Virus record (IMG/VR): IMGVR_UViG_3300032080_000001
Span: 32,001-96,000 of that record
From: a virus
DNA length: 64,000 bases
Strand: one strand, 5' to 3'
The notes below the pieces were generated by a model. That model ran no database searches and had not been told where the DNA came from. It worked only from the letters and a program-made list of their open reading frames with translations. The first letter of the stretch is position 1. Every line of letters starts with the position of its first letter. Both the position numbers and the translations under genes were made by a program. Positions 60,982 through 64,000 of the stretch are shown one piece after another.

Positions 60982-62499
60982 ATGGCGAAGCAGAACGTAA
61001 TGAAGGTTCCGAACCCGAGGACGGGTCAGGACGAGCCGCAGTTCATCGACGTGGAGTTCCACGGTGTCGTCGTCCCCCTGCTGGAAGTGCGGCGCGCCCT
61101 GCGCGGGGACAAGAAGCTGCGTCAGGAAGACATCGCCGCGCTGACCGCCAACTACACGCCGGACAAGCGCGCCCTGCACCAGACCTCGGTCAGCAACTAT
61201 TTCCTCGGCAAGGTCCCGATGCACGACGCCGTAGTGTCGTTGCTGGAGGCGACCTTCACGCCCGCCGAGGCGCAGTCGATGGCGACGAAGAGCCCGCTGA
61301 TGAGCGCGCCCGTCCCCACGCCGCAGGTCTCGGGCCTCACCACAGCGGACCTCGTGGACCCCAAGACGGCGGGCGTCCTGACGACCGCGATGCTGGAGCA
61401 GGCGGAGCAGGAGCGACAGAAGGCCCTACAGACCGGTCGCGTAAACACCGCGTCGCCCACGTTCCAGAACATCCCGGTACCGCGCACGGCGGGCGCCCCG
61501 GCCTTCGCGCAGACGCTATCCGCCGTGGGAGGGGGAGCGCCACTCTCGCCGGACGCCACGGTGGTGCCGCAGGCGCCGACCACGCAGACGCACACCGTCG
61601 CGGTCAAGGCGCTCCAGCCTTTCCCGATGGATAAGGCGCACGAGCTGGCGGCGGGCGTGCGCACGGCCGAGCGGAAGGGTGACGTGACGACCACGTTCTC
61701 GCTGCGCAAGCTGGTGGCGTGGGGTCGCGCGTACTACCTGCTCCAGCAGGAGGGCTACGACCCGAAGGAGGCGCTGTCCGGGGCGTTCCACCTCGCCGCC
61801 GAGGGCAAGACCTACGGCGAGGACCGCACGTTCCTCAAGAACCTGTTTCAGGCCAAGTTCGGCTTCGAGAGCAAGCCGCCGCGCGAGAACTCTCGCGTGG
61901 CGCTGTCCGAGGGGCGCCACCCGATGTCCTACCTCATCGAGCCGCTGGTGCGTGAGGGCATGCACGTCTGGCTGCACGGACCGACCGGGGCGGGGAAGAC
62001 GCACTCGGTGTTCGACATCGCCGCGCGCCTCAACCGCAAGGTGGTCCGCTTTCAGGGCAAGGGGGACGCGACCACGGACGACTTTGTGGGTGGCTTCGGG
62101 CTCAAGAGCGAGAACGGCGCGTCGGTGACGGAGTTCCAGTACGGCCCGCTTCCGAAGGCGATGATGGAGGGGTCCCTGCTGAACATTGACGAAATCACGA
62201 CCCTCCCGGCCGAGGTGCTCTTCGAGTTGCAGGCGGTGCTGGAGGGCAAGCCGCTGGTTCTTACGAAGAACCGGGGTGAGGAGATTCTCCCTGCCCCCGG
62301 CTTCGCGGTGGTGGCGGCCGACAACACGCTCGGCCTCGGGGAGGCCCCGGCCTACGTCGGGACCAACGTGATGAACGAGGCGTTCCGCGACCGCTTCTTC
62401 TTCATCGAGTACGGCTACATGCCTGACGCGATGGAGAAGCGGGCCCTGAAAAGCGAACTGGAGGCGTTCTTCAACCCGCGCGGGTGGGCGGTGGCCTGA
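60982..62499 (+). CDS. MoxR/CbbQ/CobS-type AAA+ ATPase with N-terminal HTH-like region
   Basis: GPTGAGKT, FQYGPL, NIDEI, AADNT.G, YVGTNVMNEAFRDRF. Confidence 0.88.
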   Translation: MAKQNVMKVPNPRTGQDEPQFIDVEFHGVVVPLLEVRRALRGDKKLRQEDIAALTANYTPDKRALHQTSVSNYFLGKVPMHDAVVSLLEATFTPAEAQSMATKSPLMSAPVPTPQVSGLTTADLVDPKTAGVLTTAMLEQAEQERQKALQTGRVNTASPTFQNIPVPRTAGAPAFAQTLSAVGGGAPLSPDATVVPQAPTTQTHTVAVKALQPFPMDKAHELAAGVRTAERKGDVTTTFSLRKLVAWGRAYYLLQQEGYDPKEALSGAFHLAAEGKTYGEDRTFLKNLFQAKFGFESKPPRENSRVALSEGRHPMSYLIEPLVREGMHVWLHGPTGAGKTHSVFDIAARLNRKVVRFQGKGDATTDDFVGGFGLKSENGASVTEFQYGPLPKAMMEGSLLNIDEITTLPAEVLFELQAVLEGKPLVLTKNRGEEILPAPGFAVVAADNTLGLGEAPAYVGTNVMNEAFRDRFFFIEYGYMPDAMEKRALKSELEAFFNPRGWAVA

Positions 62500-63443
62500 T
62501 GGCGCTACGCGAGTGGACGAACACCACGCTGGTGTGGGGAGCGGTGGACCAGCCGCTCCTCCACCCGCACGGTCCGACCACCGTCGAGTGGCTGCGCTGG
62601 TTGCAGGCGCGGCGGCCGGACATCGTGCTGGAGTACCCCAACGGCGAACTTCACGGCAACGACTGACGAAAGGTTGACGATGCGCCCCACCCACACCGTC
62701 TCCGTTGGAGACCTGCAAGACTTCTCCTTCGAGACGACGCTGGCAAGCGGGCACAGCAAGCGAGGACGCAAGCATCTGGTTGCCCGCACCGTCTTCCACG
62801 ACGAAGGCTATGCCGTGACGGTGTTCGTGGTAAAAGTCGGAACGGAGGACGAGGGCGCCAGCACGCACCTGCAAGACGCGGTGGACATGTACAACGACCT
62901 CTGACGAAAGGCCGACGATGCAGGACGGATTCTACTGGTACACACAGCGCGGTAAAGACCGCACAGTCGTGAGAGTCGAAACCTCGACCGACCCCACGGA
63001 GGACGCGGGGCCGTGGGTGTACTTCCCCGGAGAAGACGGAGAGACACACATCGAGGAGCTGTGCGGGTCGTTCACCGGCCCCCTCCAGCCGCCCACCTGA
63101 CGAGAGGACGCTGATGGAACGCTTCGCCAAGATTGTGGAGACGGGGGACGCACAGGTTCTCTTCTTCATCGAGCACGACGCCGACAGTGACCGCACCCAG
63201 CTTCACCAGATGACCGTGGTGGACGGCGCGCAGGCGGACATGGCAATCGGCTTCGGAGGGGAGAACCAGTTCGAGCACGCGGTGGACATGCTGCGCAAGG
63301 CCGACGAAGAATACGCCTCCGACGTGGTGCGTGAGATTCGTAGAGTGCTCGCTTAACGCGAGGGTCAGTCCTTGACAAACGGGACTGACCCTATTAGCTT
63401 CTACCTCGTTCGCACGACGACTCGCAACCGGGAACCGATCAAC

Positions 63444-64000
63444 ATGCAGAGAGCAGGGCGCCACTCCGGCAAGGGCGTATTCGCGGCCACCGCGCTGGCG
63501 AAGGTGATGTCCGGCGACATGGGCGAGTTGAAGCTCGCCATCGGGAAGCCGGGCTACAACCCGCACACGAACACCCTGTACCTTCCGGGCATCCCCGGCG
63601 ACGACCTTCCCGAGGACGCGCTCAAGCTGCTGCGGGCGTATCTCCAACACGAAGCCGCCGAGCGCGGGCGCTCGACGTGGGACCCCCGCGACCCCCGTTG
63701 GTTCAACAAGGACCCGAGCAAGCGGAAGCCGGGGCTCAAGAAGCTGGTCAACGCCATCAACGACGCGCGTATCGACCTCTCGTACGAGCACGACTTCCCC
63801 GGCGCGTACCTAAACATCCGGTGGGCCGTGCAGCGGGACATTGACGAGCTGCTGGTGAAGAACGCGGCGGAGCCGCTCAAGCCGAGCGTCAACCTCGTCG
63901 CCACCCTCTCGCGCTACGTGGGGGAAGGTCTCCTCACCGTGGACGACCTGTACCGAGAGTTCCCCCAACTGAGGAAGCACCTCGACAAGGTGCAGCACCT
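63444..64000 (+). CDS. CobT-like / vWA partner protein, N-terminal part (runs off the window)
   Basis: TLYLP...LRAYLQHEAAE...LVNAINDARID...FPGA pattern of CobT-type N-terminal domains; promoter at 63372. Confidence 0.7.
   Translation, partial: MQRAGRHSGKGVFAATALAKVMSGDMGELKLAIGKPGYNPHTNTLYLPGIPGDDLPEDALKLLRAYLQHEAAERGRSTWDPRDPRWFNKDPSKRKPGLKKLVNAINDARIDLSYEHDFPGAYLNIRWAVQRDIDELLVKNAAEPLKPSVNLVATLSRYVGEGLLTVDDLYREFPQLRKHLDKVQH

Noticed and set aside
157-63998. Long minus-strand ORFs (e.g. 157-2016, 2786-5110, 15259-16878, 61516-62874)
   Set aside because: They are antisense shadows of high-GC3 + strand genes: Arg/Val/His-rich, with no recognisable motifs and no minus-strand promoters noticed.

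Overview
This is a 64-kb segment of a large, high-GC tailed dsDNA bacteriophage genome. Essentially all credible genes are on the + strand. Order: end of the tail module (tail fibre, 1305-aa FN3-repeat protein), lysis (amidase, holin), a complete replisome (RHH regulator, wHTH initiator, ATP-dependent ligase, DnaC-like loader, DnaB, primase, SSB, family A polymerase, SF2 helicase, RecA), nucleotide metabolism (ThyX, dNMP kinase, dUTPase, NDT, class II RNR, thioredoxin), many small accessory ORFs, a ~3.2-kb non-coding RNA island (44840-48020: a candidate ~650-nt ornate RNA, tmRNA, tRNA-Lys, two aberrant tRNA-like RNAs and several further self-closing structured units), RNA repair and nucleotide-signal genes (Rnl2-like ligase, RtcB, SLOG, HD hydrolase, MazG-like), and a MoxR/CobS-type AAA+ with a CobT-like partner. 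Three regulatory codes recur across the window: (1) more than 20 TTGACA-N17-TAnnnT promoters, half with a GACCCKAT box; (2) TACCGGTA palindromes in 11-bp-periodic tandem arrays; (3) at least 17 dispersed TTCKTAMGAA palindromes inside and between genes. All calls come from motif reading by eye; no database searches or folding programs were run.
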